Source: Octopus vulgaris
Taxonomy: Eukaryota
Direction: 5' to 3'
DNA length: 64,000 bases
Assembly (NCBI GenBank): GCA_951406725.2
Contig: OX597817.1
Coordinates: 69,130,001 to 69,194,000, forward strand
Part shown: one piece after another, positions 43,103 to 56,459 of the stretch
Layout of the letters: the number at the start of each line of letters is the position of its first letter
Position numbering within the stretch: the stretch's first letter is position 1
The notes under the pieces: generated by a model
Database searches by the model: none
Told to the model about the DNA's origin: nothing
Seen by the model: only the letters and a program-made list of their open reading frames with translations
Made by a program: the position numbers and the translations under genes

Positions 43103-43941
43103 CAGGGCGTGATGAATAAAGTGTCATCTAAATATGCAAAATTTAAAATAACACTGATATCTCATTTTAACAGATATATTTACCAAAATTTCATAAAAAT
43201 ATCTTGAAATACTAAAGAGTAAATTTATTTAATAAAATCACCATTGGCTTCAACCATGGCCTCCAAAGGACTTCAGAATCTCCTACATCTCTTCTGGATG
43301 ATCTCCTTATTTTAGTTGGTGAATGCTGCCATATTCCTTGCCTTCAGTTCATCTTTGGCATTACAAGGAATTTTGTTGCTCTCTCACTCAACTGCATCCC
43401 ACACATAATAATCAAAGGGGTTGCAGTCTGGGGAGGTCGGTGGCCAGATGTTAGGCGTGATGTCGTCGAAGGAATTGCCTATGTGCAGAATCCTGTTGTC
43501 AGACAGGGTCTTTCAGCAGCCACCTTCTTGACCCAGGGCAGCACTACCTCCTCCAGGCCTCTATGTTGAGTTTGAGGCCATGTAGGAAGACGAATAGTGG
43601 AATAACGTCACCATCACTAGTGATCATTCCAAACACCATAATACTGACTGAATGTTTGATTTTTATCACACTCAGTACATGTCCTCAGATCGCATTGTCC
43701 TCACATTCACACCCAAACACTCTGAAATATTCGTACTGGAGCCTCCAGCATGAATGCCAAGCAGTACAGCATGTCATTTCCAAGTTTCTGGCAGAGTGAA
43801 TTGCATCATGGTGTTGTTTTTCTCACAGATGATATCCAACTGACCCTACTATACTGTGTAGACAACAAAATCAAAAACAAAACAATGCAGATGCGCAAAA
43901 TTAAAAATATAAAATGGTAACAATTTACCAATCGCACCCTG
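43103..43941 (-). mobile_element. maT (DD37D) internally deleted element, copy 2
   Basis: Homologous to 19593-20468 in reverse orientation; TIRs cagggcgtgatgaataaagtgtc / gtaacaatttaccaatcgcaccctg; SPDCNPFDYYVW motif. Confidence 0.85.
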
Positions 43942-44754
43942 GATATATATATATGTATATATACGTATGTATGTATATAGCAGATGGTTTTTTTTTTGCA
44001 GCATCTGAATGATTGAATATAGTAAAGAACTCTAGATAGCAATGGAATGGTTTATCAGAATAAATATAATCTACCACATATAGTCATTACTCTACCCCTT
44101 TCTAATTCTAAATATACATACGCACATACTCTCACACACACAAGTATGTATGTGTGTATGTATAGTATGTCAACATTTTTCACTTTGTGTGTTAATGTCC
44201 ATGTATGTGTGTGTGTGTATATATGTACAAAAATATGAATACAAGATGAAGAATATCTTGCAAAGGATAAAAGATACCACTAATTTTAACAACCAATCTT
44301 CTCCATATGTATCTATCATATCATCTACATTTTTTCTCCCTTGTCATTCGTAAATTCTTCAAATTTTACAGTTAGAACAGAAAAAGAAAAGTAAATAGAA
44401 AACAAAAATGTTATGACACTGAATGAAGGAAGGTTACAAAATAAGTAGAGATAATGATATTTTCACAATTTCTTTTCCAAAAATACCACGAAAAAATACG
44501 AGTTTTAGGTTGTTTTGTTCTGACTTAGGTTTTGGGGTTTTTTTGGGGGTTTTTTTTCTTTTTGGCTTTTACTGATGAAAGAGATCTTGGTAAACTAGAG
44601 TAGAAAATGTCTCTTCAGATTTATAGTACTATTTTTGTGAACAGACATCCAAGTAAAACTTGATTTAACATTGTGGTAAACGTTGAGATTCTACATAAGG
44701 TAGTTGATAGGGGTCATGGAATATATACCATATAATTATATTAAATGGATTATA

Positions 44755-44965
44755 GGTGGCAAGCTGGTAGAATCATTAGTAAGCTGGGTAACCTGCAGAG
44801 CAGGTTCTCGTCTACTGTTACATTCTAAGTTCAAATTCTGCCAAGGTTGACTTTGCTTTTCATCCTTTCAAGGCTGATAAAATGAGTACCAGTTGGGTAG
44901 TGGGGTTGATGCTGTCAACTAATCTCCTCCCTCAAACTTGCTGGCATTGTGCCAAAATATGAAAT
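44755..44965 (+). mobile_element. SINE family B
   Basis: ggtggcaagctggtagaatcattagt...ttctaagttcaaattctgccaaggttgactttgcttttcatcctttc. Confidence 0.75.
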
Positions 44966-46617
44966 CATTACTATTATTAGTATATTTTTTTTCTTCTCAG
45001 AGCTCTCGGTCTTACTTGCTTTGGTTTATTCAGTGAGAACGGACAGTGGCCTGTTATCAGAGGTCTCACAGGGACTCTTTCCACAAATTATAAGCTTTGA
45101 TACCTAGATGTTAACTTAGCATGGGAGAAACTCAACAGCCAAGCACCAACTTCAAAATCCTAGTTATCTCCAATAGAGCAGAGTTCTGTAAAAACTGAAA
45201 CCTCATTGTAATGGGTAAACAGTAGAGTTGAAACAAATCTGATGTTCCTGAGATACAAACGATATCAAAGTCATCATTAAATAACAGAATGAGAATACAT
45301 TAAAAGGCTATAGATTTTTCTGCAAAACAGACATTTATAATTTAAAAATCACCAGATTTTATCACTAACATTATAAAATATTGTAGAGCTTAACATAAAA
45401 ATTACGAATTCATAATTAACTTAAGGTATTAATTACAGTATGTATTAAATGTCTGAAATAATAAATGGTACATACATCTTTGTATGTGCTTGCATGCATA
45501 TGTGCATTTAGAGACATGATTATTATAATTTAATTCATTAAATAAGTAAAAGGATAATGATAAGCTAAAAAGAATTTGGATTCGAGTTTTGAATGGAATC
45601 ATATAATACAAGAATTAAATACTTAGATGTATCTTTATATATCTTCAGATATATAAAGGAAATATAAAGAAAATAAAAATATATGCGTGAAACTGGACTC
45701 TAATAGAAAGAGTGCAGACTTTTTCTATAAGACAAGCAGTATTTACTAATTACATAGGCACAACGTTAATGATATGCTGGTTTTATATAATAGTTCCTCA
45801 TGTGAAATTATTGTAAATGGAAGCAAATAAATATCAGATGCTAAGATATTAAGACTTCTGAAGTTTTTAAAATGTTCAAACCTCTTGGAATCTTAACACA
45901 ACATGTAATTATGATTTTATCATAAACTGTAGCTAAAGATCAGAAGCAGAATAAACTTATACACACACATACTCACACACACGCACACATTTATCCCAGA
46001 TAACATTATATATATCATCGTCGTGTGTGTGCATGTGTGTGAGTGTGTGTGCATGTGTGTGAGTGTGTGTGCATGTGTGCATGCATGCGTGCATATAATT
46101 AAGTGCTTAACAACTTTTTTCTTTGTATTTCAAAATAGAGCAGAGATTAAATAAAAGTGTTAAAGCAGAACATCAAAAACAACACAAAAGTGGGCTAAAT
46201 TTATGTAAGTACATTGCATATGTATACATACATATATATGTGCACAGAAACACACACATACACACATATATATATATATATGCATATATATATATACATA
46301 CATTATATACATACACACACACACATTATATACGTACACACAGACATCTGCACATACATACATACATATATATACATATACACATACATATTTATACATA
46401 TACACATACATATATATATATATACATACATATATATACATAACACACATATATACATGTACACATAAAGATATATACACATACACATTTATATATACAT
46501 GTACGCAAAAATATATATGTGTATATATATATACATACATACATATGTAAATATGCACACACATACAGACAAACATACACATATACACACACTCTATAAA
46601 AATACATACACATATTT

Positions 46618-46650
<33 letters not shown>

Positions 46651-47492
46651 CAGTTTTTAAATCAAAACATTTAATAGAAAACACAATAAAAATATTTCAA
46701 ATGTCACTATCTAAATAGTTTATCATTTGAAAGAATTGCAGGAACCACAAAGGTTTCTTTTATAAGTGGTTCAGTCCATTTTTAAAACCATATTGGACAA
46801 AGTTACAATGCCAAAGCCTATCATTAAAGGAAGCCTCTCTTATTGACAATAATTATGAAATACAACATTCAATGAGACAATGAATTCATTTTGTTTACAA
46901 AAACTTATTTTGTCCATCTTTAGATTCCTATGTAATTAAGAGAGAAAGGGAGGAGAGCTAGACAAAGATGGAAGAGAGGAATGATGAATGTGAAAGAGAA
47001 CAGGTGAGAAAAAGTAACAGGTGAGAGAGAGCACATAGATAAGATTCATCAGTTTGCAATGCTTCTTTGCTTCCATTCTCTCTGATCATAATATTTACAA
47101 GGTTAATAATATTACGAGGTTATTTAATTTGCTAGAAATAGCAACCACATCTGCCTCGGTTCAATCTCTACCGTTTTCAGAAAAATCGATACACTTTCAG
47201 TTTCCATCATTACAAATCCAAACACCAGGCTTTGGTCAATGCAGGGTTTTAGTAGAAGACACTTGCCCAAAGTGCTGAGCAGTAAGATTGAATCAAAAAC
47301 CATGATGCTGGGAAGCTAACTTCTTATTTTCTTATACATCTATACCTGCTCATATATATATATAATGTGTGTATAGTAGGTAATGTAAATTTAGAGTGAA
47401 TACTTGATAAGTGTAAGCACCTGTATATGCCAGATAGTGGCAGAGGTGAGAGAATATACCAAACATAAATTAAAAACAGAACATGAAGGATA

Positions 47493-47587
47493 TCGCGGTA
47501 CACGTGTTTCAAGCTTTATAAACAATCTGTTATTTCATCAGTGTATTATTGATATAAAAGATGGCTTAAAGCTCTTTTCAGCCGCAA
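47493..47587 (-). ncRNA. Type I hammerhead motif with variant core and long loop 2 (stem III loop ACGT)
   Basis: Minus strand: ttgcgg CTGAAAA gagcttta...taaagctt GAAAC ACGT GTA ccgcga. 6-bp stem I, 8-bp stem II, A instead of G8. Confidence 0.7.
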
Positions 47588-47634
47588 ACATCGTATCTAT
47601 ACACATGCAATGTACTTATATAAATTTAACCCAT

Positions 47635-48633
47635 TAGAGAAAAGAAACAGGCTTGGAAGGACTGGAAGAATGGTGGTAGCAAGAAATTGTATCAGACTGC
47701 CAGAAGGGAATCTAGGAGACAGGTTTATTTAGCCAGAGGAGAAGCAGATAAGAAAAAATTTGCCAATGTTCTGTGCCATGAAGACCAAAGACTTGAGGCA
47801 TTTTGTGTTGCAAGACAGTGTGTGAGAGAGAGTCATGATGTCGTATGAGAGAAATGTGTCTGCATGAATGATGGTTCACTTGCACTAAAGGAGGCTGCAA
47901 AGAAAGAGGTTTGGAGATGCCACTATGAAAGGTTGCTCAATAAAGAGAATGAATGTGAGAAAGAGAGTCTGCCAAATGTTGACTCAACAAAGGCACCAGC
48001 TATCCAAGTTGACAGTACCTTGGTAGATAAAGAAATTAAGAGTATGAAGACAGGGAAAGCCCCCAGTCCATCAGGAATCACTGCAGAGATGCTCAAAATA
48101 TCTGGTGTATCAGCTATAGCCTAGTCACCCGTATAATTAACCAGGTGATACATGAAGGAGTTATACCCAATGACTGGTGTAGCAGCACTATAGTCAACTG
48201 CTACAAAGGTAAAGGTGATGCTTTAGATACACATAATTACAAAGGTATCAAGTTGTTTGATCAGGTAATGAAGGTCACGGAGAGGGTCATATCCCAACTA
48301 ATTAGAGAGAGAGTCAGTCTAGCTGAGATGCAGTTTGTATTTGCACCAGGGAAAAGCACCACTGATGCTATATTTCTGGTAAGACAGCTGCAGGAGAAAT
48401 ACCTAGCCAAAGATAAACCTCTGTACCTGGCTTTCATTGACATGGAGAAAGCCTTTGACAGGGTCCCCCGGTCTCTTATCTGGTGGTCAATGAGGAAACT
48501 AGGGATAGATGAATGGTTAGTAAGAGCTGTGCAAGCCATGTACAGGGATGCTGTCAGTAATGTGAGGGTTGGCAATGACTACAGTGACGAATTCCGGGTA
48601 GGGATAGGGGTCCACCAAGAACCAGTCCTCAGC
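47635..48633 (+). pseudogene. RTE-clade LINE internal fragment (linker to RT)
   Basis: MKTGKAPSPSGITAEMLK / IPNDWCSSTIVNCYKGKGDALDTHNYKGIKL...STTDAIFLVRQLQEKY...FIDMEKAFDRVPR...GVHQ. Confidence 0.92.
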
Positions 48634-48920
48634 AGGTTATAACTCTAGAATTATTTTACTCTCAGTCAGTGTACTTACATACTATGAGAGAGAGTACAAC
48701 ATTCCTGAAGGTACTCAGTACATGTAGTTGGATACCTTTTACATCAAAAACCTGAGGAGACACAGACTGCACTGACTGATGCAACACATCTAGACGCACA
48801 ATACCCTATCTGTAAGAGACAGCTGTAGGAAGGATCAAAACAATTGTTGCATTGAATAAAGATTTATACCAAATTCATTTTCTGTTTCCCTCATCAATTC
48901 TGTGTGTATGTGTGTGTGTA

Positions 48921-48953
<33 letters not shown>

Positions 48954-50439
48954 GTGTATGAGAGACATTGATGCTACACATGTGTGTTGACAAAACACAC
49001 ATACATGCACATGCATGCACATGCACACACGCAAACACACATATACACACTTAATGGTATTTATGTTTGTACATTTATATTACGTAGATACAAACAGAAA
49101 GCTATTATCTCTGCATGCTTATATGTGTAAATATATCTGTCTGTTTGGCCCTCTGTCTATCTGTCTCTTTGTCTAACATCACTTGTTGTCTTACAAATAC
49201 ACATATAAGCATGCAGGGATAATAGATTTGTGTTTGTATCAATGTATGTATGAATGCATGCAATATACATATAAGCCTGAACGACAACGAATAAACGTGA
49301 GAATGTGTGCAGTGGGGAGAAGGATAACGAACAAACATATATTTTAACACATTCAAGCAGTATGGAATCTTGGAACAAAAGAAACAATAGAAGACCGAGA
49401 TCAATTGATAAAATGGCTTTGAAATTGTGGAAGCCTCTTAAAATACCATTAACAACCATGTGAATTCAGTAATTAGTAGGTATAAAGAAGAGCTGGTGAC
49501 AGCAAATAGACAAAGAAAGAAATGAAGGACTTGAATTAAGAATAATAGCTGTAAAGTGAAGTGGTAGCAATACATGAACATCTGGAATATCTGATTGTAG
49601 TTGATATGGATCAGATTGCATAGTGTCAGTTGGTGCATCAAAGCAAATCAGAAAATGTCTTTGAACTTAAATAATTTAGTTCTTTTAACTTGAGCAAGTA
49701 ATTTGGGGGTTTTAACACAACTGCATAAGCCTTGGAGGCCTTTTACAGATGGCACTCAATTGCAAACGTTTGAGCTAGGTTTATAGTATAACTTCATTTC
49801 CCACCATAAAGTCCTATCCTGTTATTTGTGATACCTTGTGTGTCTTAATGACCTGGAGAGCTATACTAAAGGCACACATATTCCTCATATGGCCTCCGAA
49901 CTAGACAAGTCGAAAGATACAGGCCAGACTAATATGGACCACTTCCTCCCAGAGATAAAAATGCGTTTGTTTAGGAACGATGGTCCCTACCTAGACAAAA
50001 AGTAAAGCTAAAGAAGTACTGATAAGAATTCAAAACCAACAAGATCTTGGAGAGGAATAACCTTCCCTCAGGAAAACATGGTGTTGAAAAAGCAGGCGCC
50101 CAACTGGAAACAAACAGACAAAATGGTCCAGAGGTGAGAACAAAAGAGAAACATAATCGATGGCCCATGCTCCATAGAGAACAAAAGGCTAAAATAAAAG
50201 TATAACTTCATTTCAATAGTCTGTGGGGACCAGAAAAAGTGCTTGAGGACTGCCCTTTTGCCTGCTTCTAAAATTACAAGATAAGAAAGAAAAACAGCTA
50301 TTGAAGTCAGATAGTTATCATTATGCAAGCTGCTGTAACTGCATGGGAATGTATGTGTATGTGCTAGTGTTGATATTAAGAGAACTCTAAGGTAGAAAGT
50401 TGGTAGCGTTGTAAGCATGCCAGGCCTCAAACCCTTTTT

Positions 50440-50972
50440 CTGGTCTTCCAGGGACATTCTTCTGCTTTTGAAGTGCCCGTGCCACTCAAAACATTGTGTG
50501 CGACCCATAGCCTCATTGCTATAAGCTTGCTGAAGTATGCTCAATGTCTCGGTAGCAGACTTCTCATGTTTAACCCTTTTGTTACCATATTTCTGTTGAG
50601 ATGCTCCATGTTTCTTTCAATTAATTTTAAATATAACAAAGAATTTAGTAATATAACTTAGTTTGGTGGAAGATTTTTATTCAAAACGTATGAAAACAAG
50701 ACACTTGTGTTACAGAACCAGAGCCGGTCTCAGCCGGGTTGGTAACGAAAGGGTTAACCCAAAATTTTATGTTGACTCTTCATTCCTGTCCATGCCAAAA
50801 TCACAGAATCACAAATTTTAGAAATTACTAACTTACAAAGTAAATGCAGCAGTTTCACAAGACACACTATCTCATGAGGATCACTGCTAACTCTCATTGT
50901 GCACACAACTATGTACTGCTCTCTGTTGGCATACAACAGAACTTGTCCAGTAACATTTTGATATCACCTCAT
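50440..50972 (-). mobile_element. Mariner 5' end (TIR plus HTH), interrupted by a MITE
   Basis: Removing 50574-50757 restores RVNIKFWVKHEKSATETLSILQQAYSNEAMGRTQCFEWHGHFKSRRMSLED. TIR tgaggtgatatcaaaatg is next to TA; a related end lies at about 51640-51725. Confidence 0.8.
50574..50753. mobile_element. TTAA-specific (piggyBac-like) MITE, 180 bp
   Basis: TIRs cccttttgttacca / tggtaacgaaaggg with TTAA duplicated at 50570-50573 and 50754-50757. Confidence 0.85.
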
Positions 50973-51009
50973 ATATGTATGTATATACGTGTGTGTGTGT
51001 GTGTGTGTC

Positions 51010-51298
51010 TGGCACTCCATCGGTTACAATGATGAAGTTTCCAGCTGATCTGATCAGAGGAACAGATTGCACGTGAAATTAATGTGCAAGTGGTTCAGCA
51101 CTCCACAGACACATGTACCCTTAATGTGACAAGGCTAACCCTTTGACATACAGGTACTACTCATTCTTGCCAGCTGAGTGGACTGGAGTAATGTAAAATA
51201 AAGGGTCTTGCTCAAGGACATAACATGTCACCAGGAACTGAACTCATGACCTTACAATCATGAGCCAAATTCCCTAACCATTAAGCCATGTGCCTTCA
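51010..51298 (-). mobile_element. tRNA-derived SINE (family D head)
   Basis: Minus: gaaggcacaTGGCTTAATGGttaggg...gaGTTCAGTTCCtggtgac...gtccttgagcaagac. Confidence 0.75.
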
Positions 51299-51317
51299 TA
51301 CATATATATATATATAC

Positions 51318-51381
<64 letters not shown>

Positions 51382-52574
51382 TATATATATATATTTCTTG
51401 GCGTTAGGAAGGGCATCCAGCTGTAGAAACACTGCCAGATCAGACTGGGCCTGGCGCGCAGCCTTCTGGCTTCCTAGACCCCAGTTGAACTGTCCAACCC
51501 ATGCTAGCATGGAAAACGGACGTTAAACGATGATGATGATTATATACACATACACACACACTCACATATATAATAAGGTAAAGACCAACTTCATGATTGA
51601 CCATGGGATTACACCCAGAAAGTTCCACTAACCAACAGTCACTCATGCACTGCTAGCTCTCATTGTGCATGCAACCGTGTGCTGCCATCTGTTGGTGCAC
51701 TACAGAACTAGTCTGGGAACCTCATATATGCACTGAAGAAATTTGTGCAGAAGAGAATGAGGGAAAATATAAACAAAAAATTGTATCTGTGATAGAAGAC
51801 AGTGAATATGTGAACAGTGTAGGAGGGTGTGTGAAAAAGGTAAATTTGATAGAGAAAGGAACAAATCAGACAGTGCATGTGCGTGTGAAGCAAGAGACAG
51901 ACATAGCCATAGCAAGAGACAAAAAGACAGACAAACATGGACAAAAGTAGACAGAACCAGAGAGAGAAGAGACAAATATGGAGCAGAAACAGGAAGTAAA
52001 AAAAGAAAAAAAATGTGTTTGTCTCAGTGCAAGATGAAAGAGAAAGTCAAAGAGAGAGAGAGAGGAAACAAGGGAGCGGACCAAACAGTAAAGAGAATGT
52101 TTGTGGTAACTATGTGGGTGGATGTGCAACAATGAAAAAAGACAGAAGAATGTTTGCATGAAAAGTTAAAGGAAGCATGTGTGTGTGTATGTATACTGTA
52201 CATACATGCATATACATATATAGGTATAAACAGAGATGTATAAAAGAAGTAGATAAAGAACAAACTAGCATTGCACTAACAAAGATTCGACACACTGCAG
52301 TAGTTCACAAGAAGATGTAACGTTTCCTGTCAAACAGTAAGACAATAAAGCCTTCCAAGAAAGCAGAAGAAATATGGAAACACAATAGGAAAAATACAAC
52401 TCGGAAAGCTAATGTTTACATAACAAAGGAATTATGATAGAGGCTTATAGCTGAAGACCAAATGTATGTTTTGAAATTTCAAAAATATACTGTAATGTCT
52501 GATGGCAGGTTTGGCCAAATTTAGTGGCTGATGGTGGTAGTTGTGGTGTTGTTGTTGATGATGATGATGATGAA

Positions 52575-52613
<39 letters not shown>

Positions 52614-52964
52614 GCGTTGCTGTTTTATGAAACATAATAGAAAAATTGAGAAGATTGTGTAAGTATATTGGCAGGTAGGCATTTATGCTTGTCATTCATG
52701 TGCGTTTGTCAATTTGATCATTTTTGGTAAAAAGGTGGGTATACATATATGTTCATGGGTATACATACATACTTACATACATATGTATATAAATATGTAT
52801 ATATAAGGGGGAGCTAAAAAGTTCCTAGCTTTAAGGGTACTACATCAAAATTGGGTAATATTATAGCATCTTTAGACTAAAGAAAAATTAAATATCACGA
52901 CTTGTGTAAATAGTAATAGCAATAGGAATAATTCTATCAATAACAACAACAACAACAACAATAA

Positions 52965-53142
52965 TAATTGGTACAAATGTAAAGATAGAACACCTACAAA
53001 AATCAGCATTGCTTGGAACTGCAAGAATCCTTTGCAGGGTTCTTGGTGCATGACCAGTAAACAAGTGTTGCCTTACACTTCTGGTTCTGGACAACTGACA
53101 CTTTCCCTCATACCCAACAAAATAAGCTGAGAGTTTTCATCA

Positions 53143-53190
<48 letters not shown>
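52965..53190 (+). pseudogene. R4/Dong-like LINE extreme 3' end with (AAT)n tail
   Basis: IEHLQKSALLGTARILCRVLGA* followed by a short UTR and a long AAT tract. Confidence 0.75.
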
Positions 53191-53192
<2 letters not shown>

Positions 53193-53657
53193 TAATAATG
53201 GTTTCAAATTTTGGTACAAGACCAGCAGTTTTTAAAGTGATGTATAAGTAAATTACAACAACCCAGTGTTCAACAGATACTTGATCTATTGACCCTGGTA
53301 GGAAGAAAGGCAAAGTTCATCTTGATGGAATTTGATCACAGAGTGTAAAGATGGACAAACTGCCACTAAGCATTGTGCCTGGTGTACTAAAGATTCTGCC
53401 AGCTCACATCCTTAATAATAATGAAAAATATTGATTTCAAATTTTGGCACAGGATCTGCAATTTTTATTAACCCCTGAAAGGATGAAAGGCAAAGTCAAC
53501 CTCAGCAGAATTTGAAGTCAGAACGTAACGATGGAGGAAATGCTACTGTGCAGTACGCTAACAATTCTGCCAGCTCACTGCTAACAATGTTAATGACAAC
53601 AACTGCAATAATAATTATAGCAACAACAATAATACTAGATCTTCTATAGTTTGATTA

Positions 53658-54055
53658 TGCAATTTCAGAAATACACTGAATTGCCCGTTCAACAATCAAT
53701 TCCTACAAAAGAAAACTATATATAAATGCTCTGTATACAGCAATTGCAAAAACCTTATTGTACAAGTGCTATTACTTCAAGATTTAAACGACAATGGAAT
53801 AATCATTAATCTGCCTTTAACAACAAAGGAAAAACATAATACTTCTCTGAGAACTATAATTTGGACATTAAAAAATAATTATATTGAATATTTGCTGACT
53901 TGGTCAACCATTAGAAATGCTACTCCTTATAAAAGTGGTGGTAAATTTTCTAATTTACACTTAATGTAAAGCAGTGACATCTTAAACTGTAAAACAGGCA
54001 TAATCAATAAATGCAACAAAGTTGTCTTTGTAAAAAACTTAAGACATTTTTAAAA
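53658..54055 (+). pseudogene. Penelope-like element GIY-YIG endonuclease, decayed
   Basis: CNFRNTLNCPFNNQFLQKKTIYKCSV / PYCTSAITSRFKRQWNNH*SAF / TSLRTIIWTLKNNYIEYLLTWSTIRNATPYKSGGKFSNLHL; same architecture as 35747-36170. Confidence 0.85.
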
Positions 54056-54217
54056 ATTTACTGAAAACTATAATTTATTAGTAAGATTACATCATATAAT
54101 TATTTATAAATCTCTATAAAATTCTTTATTAATTTTACTCACATATGTAAATGTGCATATGTGTGTGTGTGTGTATGTATATGTACATATATCTATACTC
54201 ACATATATAAGTATGTG

Positions 54218-54249
<32 letters not shown>

Positions 54250-54295
54250 CGTGTGTATGTATGTATATGTAGATATATATACACACACATATAAG

Positions 54296-54326
<31 letters not shown>

Positions 54327-54340
54327 TAATCTTAATCTTA

Positions 54341-54388
54341 TTTCGGCCAGAGTTCTTTCATCACACTCCTGTGACCGCATCAGTGGTC
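54341..54388 (-). ncRNA. Truncated hammerhead-like motif with CTGATGC core
   Basis: Minus: gacca CTGATGC ggtca...tggcc GAAA, then truncated. Part of a perfect 47-bp inverted repeat (54365-54411 / 54528-54574). Confidence 0.5.
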
Positions 54389-54417
54389 CTTTGTTTTCTT
54401 CTTTCTTATTTACTCAC

Positions 54418-54461
<44 letters not shown>

Positions 54462-54573
54462 ATGTACATATATATACACACACATATAAGAAATACAAAA
54501 TGGCTGACGGTTAGTAAGGAGAGACACAAATAAGAAAGAAGAAAACAAAGGACCACTGATGCGGTCACAGGAG

Positions 54574-54606
<33 letters not shown>

Positions 54607-54674
54607 ATATATATGTGTGTCTGTATATATATATATGTATGTGTGTATATATGTATATGTATATATGTACGAGG

Positions 54675-55235
54675 AGAAAATTCTAACTGGGCCCCACCTG
54701 CAAGGTCATGCACTGTTTATCTTGTTATGAGATCACCAGGTCGCGCACACATGGTTGTGATGCATGTGCCTATTCTGCTCAATACCACAGATTTGCTTGT
54801 CAGTTGTTTGACCTTAACCAGTTGAGCATGTCCCTTAGTGGCTGACGATATGTACATCTCTGATCACGAGCAGAAGTAGTGGGGGAGCATCATAGCCATG
54901 TGTTGAGAGGGATTCTTTGGGGTTTGAATAATTCACCTCTGGAAACATGGGTGGTTCTTTCAACATCCTTAAACAACCCTTATTCAGGGACCTTTTGAGC
55001 GGGATGGGCTACTCAACCTGAAGAAAATTCTAACTGGGCCCCACCTGCAAGGTCATGTGCTGTTTATCTTGATATGAGATCACCATGTCGCGCACATATG
55101 GTTGTGATGCATGTGCCTGGTGTACCTTTATCAGACGGGTAGTCATGATGGGTATATTGGGCTTCGTATATTTTACCCCAGTGTCACTTTGATGGCATGC
55201 ACTGCTCTCTCACTCAATAATAATAATAATAACAA
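54675..55235 (+). mobile_element. AAT-tailed short retroelement with a 97-bp internal direct repeat
   Basis: 54675-54771 repeats at 55022-55118 (period 347); ends ctctctcactcaataataataat. Confidence 0.6.
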
Positions 55236-55478
55236 CAATAAGGATTATTACAAAGCAGCATTAGCATGTTTCTACTGTATTGATTAGTAACATTTGCAAT
55301 TGCTACCTTACTGTCATATTAATAAAGACATACATATGTAAGCTTCTGTGTATATGTTAGTGCTTATTAATGTATGCATCTTCATGTGTGTATTTATGAA
55401 TGTACATATAGGAGTGCATATAGGTATATATATGAATGTATGTGTATATATTAAATAATTTTTTTATGTAAAATAAAC

Positions 55479-55545
<67 letters not shown>

Positions 55546-55606
55546 TATTATCATTATCATTATTATTATTATCATTATTATTATTATCATTATTATTATT
55601 ATCATT

Positions 55607-56075
55607 ATCAATAATAAATCTCTGAACGAGGTATAGACAGTAACTGCACGACAATGTGACGTACATTTGCCACTTAAATGTGGCTAAACACTAAGGGTGG
55701 ATGCTACTGTAGCTTGTAGCCCCAGGAGAACATCTTCTCCGGCTGGCTATTGACACACTTTCTGTGCCCTATCAGTACTTGCAAAGGGAAGCCATCCTTC
55801 TCATCGTCAACCTGACATGATACGCATGGACCTGGGTTTTTGGGTATTTACCTGTCATTGGCACACGACAATCATTGGTCTTCGATGTGAAGGGGTCCCA
55901 AAGCAAATACATATATCCTTTTTCCAGTGATGGAAAGTCACTGATCTCGAAAAAGTGTAAACAATCAATAATAAATCTCTGAGCAAGGTATAAACAGTAG
56001 CTGCACGACAATGTGAAGTATATTTGCCACTTAAATGTGGCTAACCACTAAGGGTGGATGCTACTGTAGCTTGTA
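55607..56075 (-). mobile_element. Short element with 112-bp terminal direct repeats inside (ATT/ATC)n
   Basis: 55607-55718 repeats at 55964-56075 (period 357); ATT/ATC microsatellite on both flanks. Confidence 0.65.
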
Positions 56076-56459
56076 TCATTATCATTATTATTATAATTCA
56101 ACACTAAGTTTTAATAATTCTAAAGTTTATCTGTTGAAAAAATATAACCATCAAAGGTTTGGAGCTAATAAAATTCATACAAGAAAATAAATAAATAAAT
56201 AAATAAAGGGAAGAAATAATTGATAAAGAAAGAAATAAAAACAGCTAATCAAATATAACAAAAAAAAGAGTTATTGCTTCAACCTTTGTTACAAATGGTT
56301 TAGTCAATGTATTGACACAAGGAGGATACTAATACTTCATTGCTTTCAGTGTTTTGACTCTCTGCATACAAACTGCTGAGTAAATATGTAGTTGTGAGAG
56401 AGTGTGTTATGCTTTCTTTGTTCATTTATGTGCTTGTACATAAGAATCTATGTGAATGT

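Noticed and set aside
52451-52485. CTGAAGA...GAAATTTC
   Set aside because: Stem I cannot form and stem II is poor; expected by chance in AT-rich DNA.
55660-55700. HDV-like ribozyme suggested by hairpin plus GGCTAA
   Set aside because: Could not build P1, P3 or P1.1; no GG before the putative P4.
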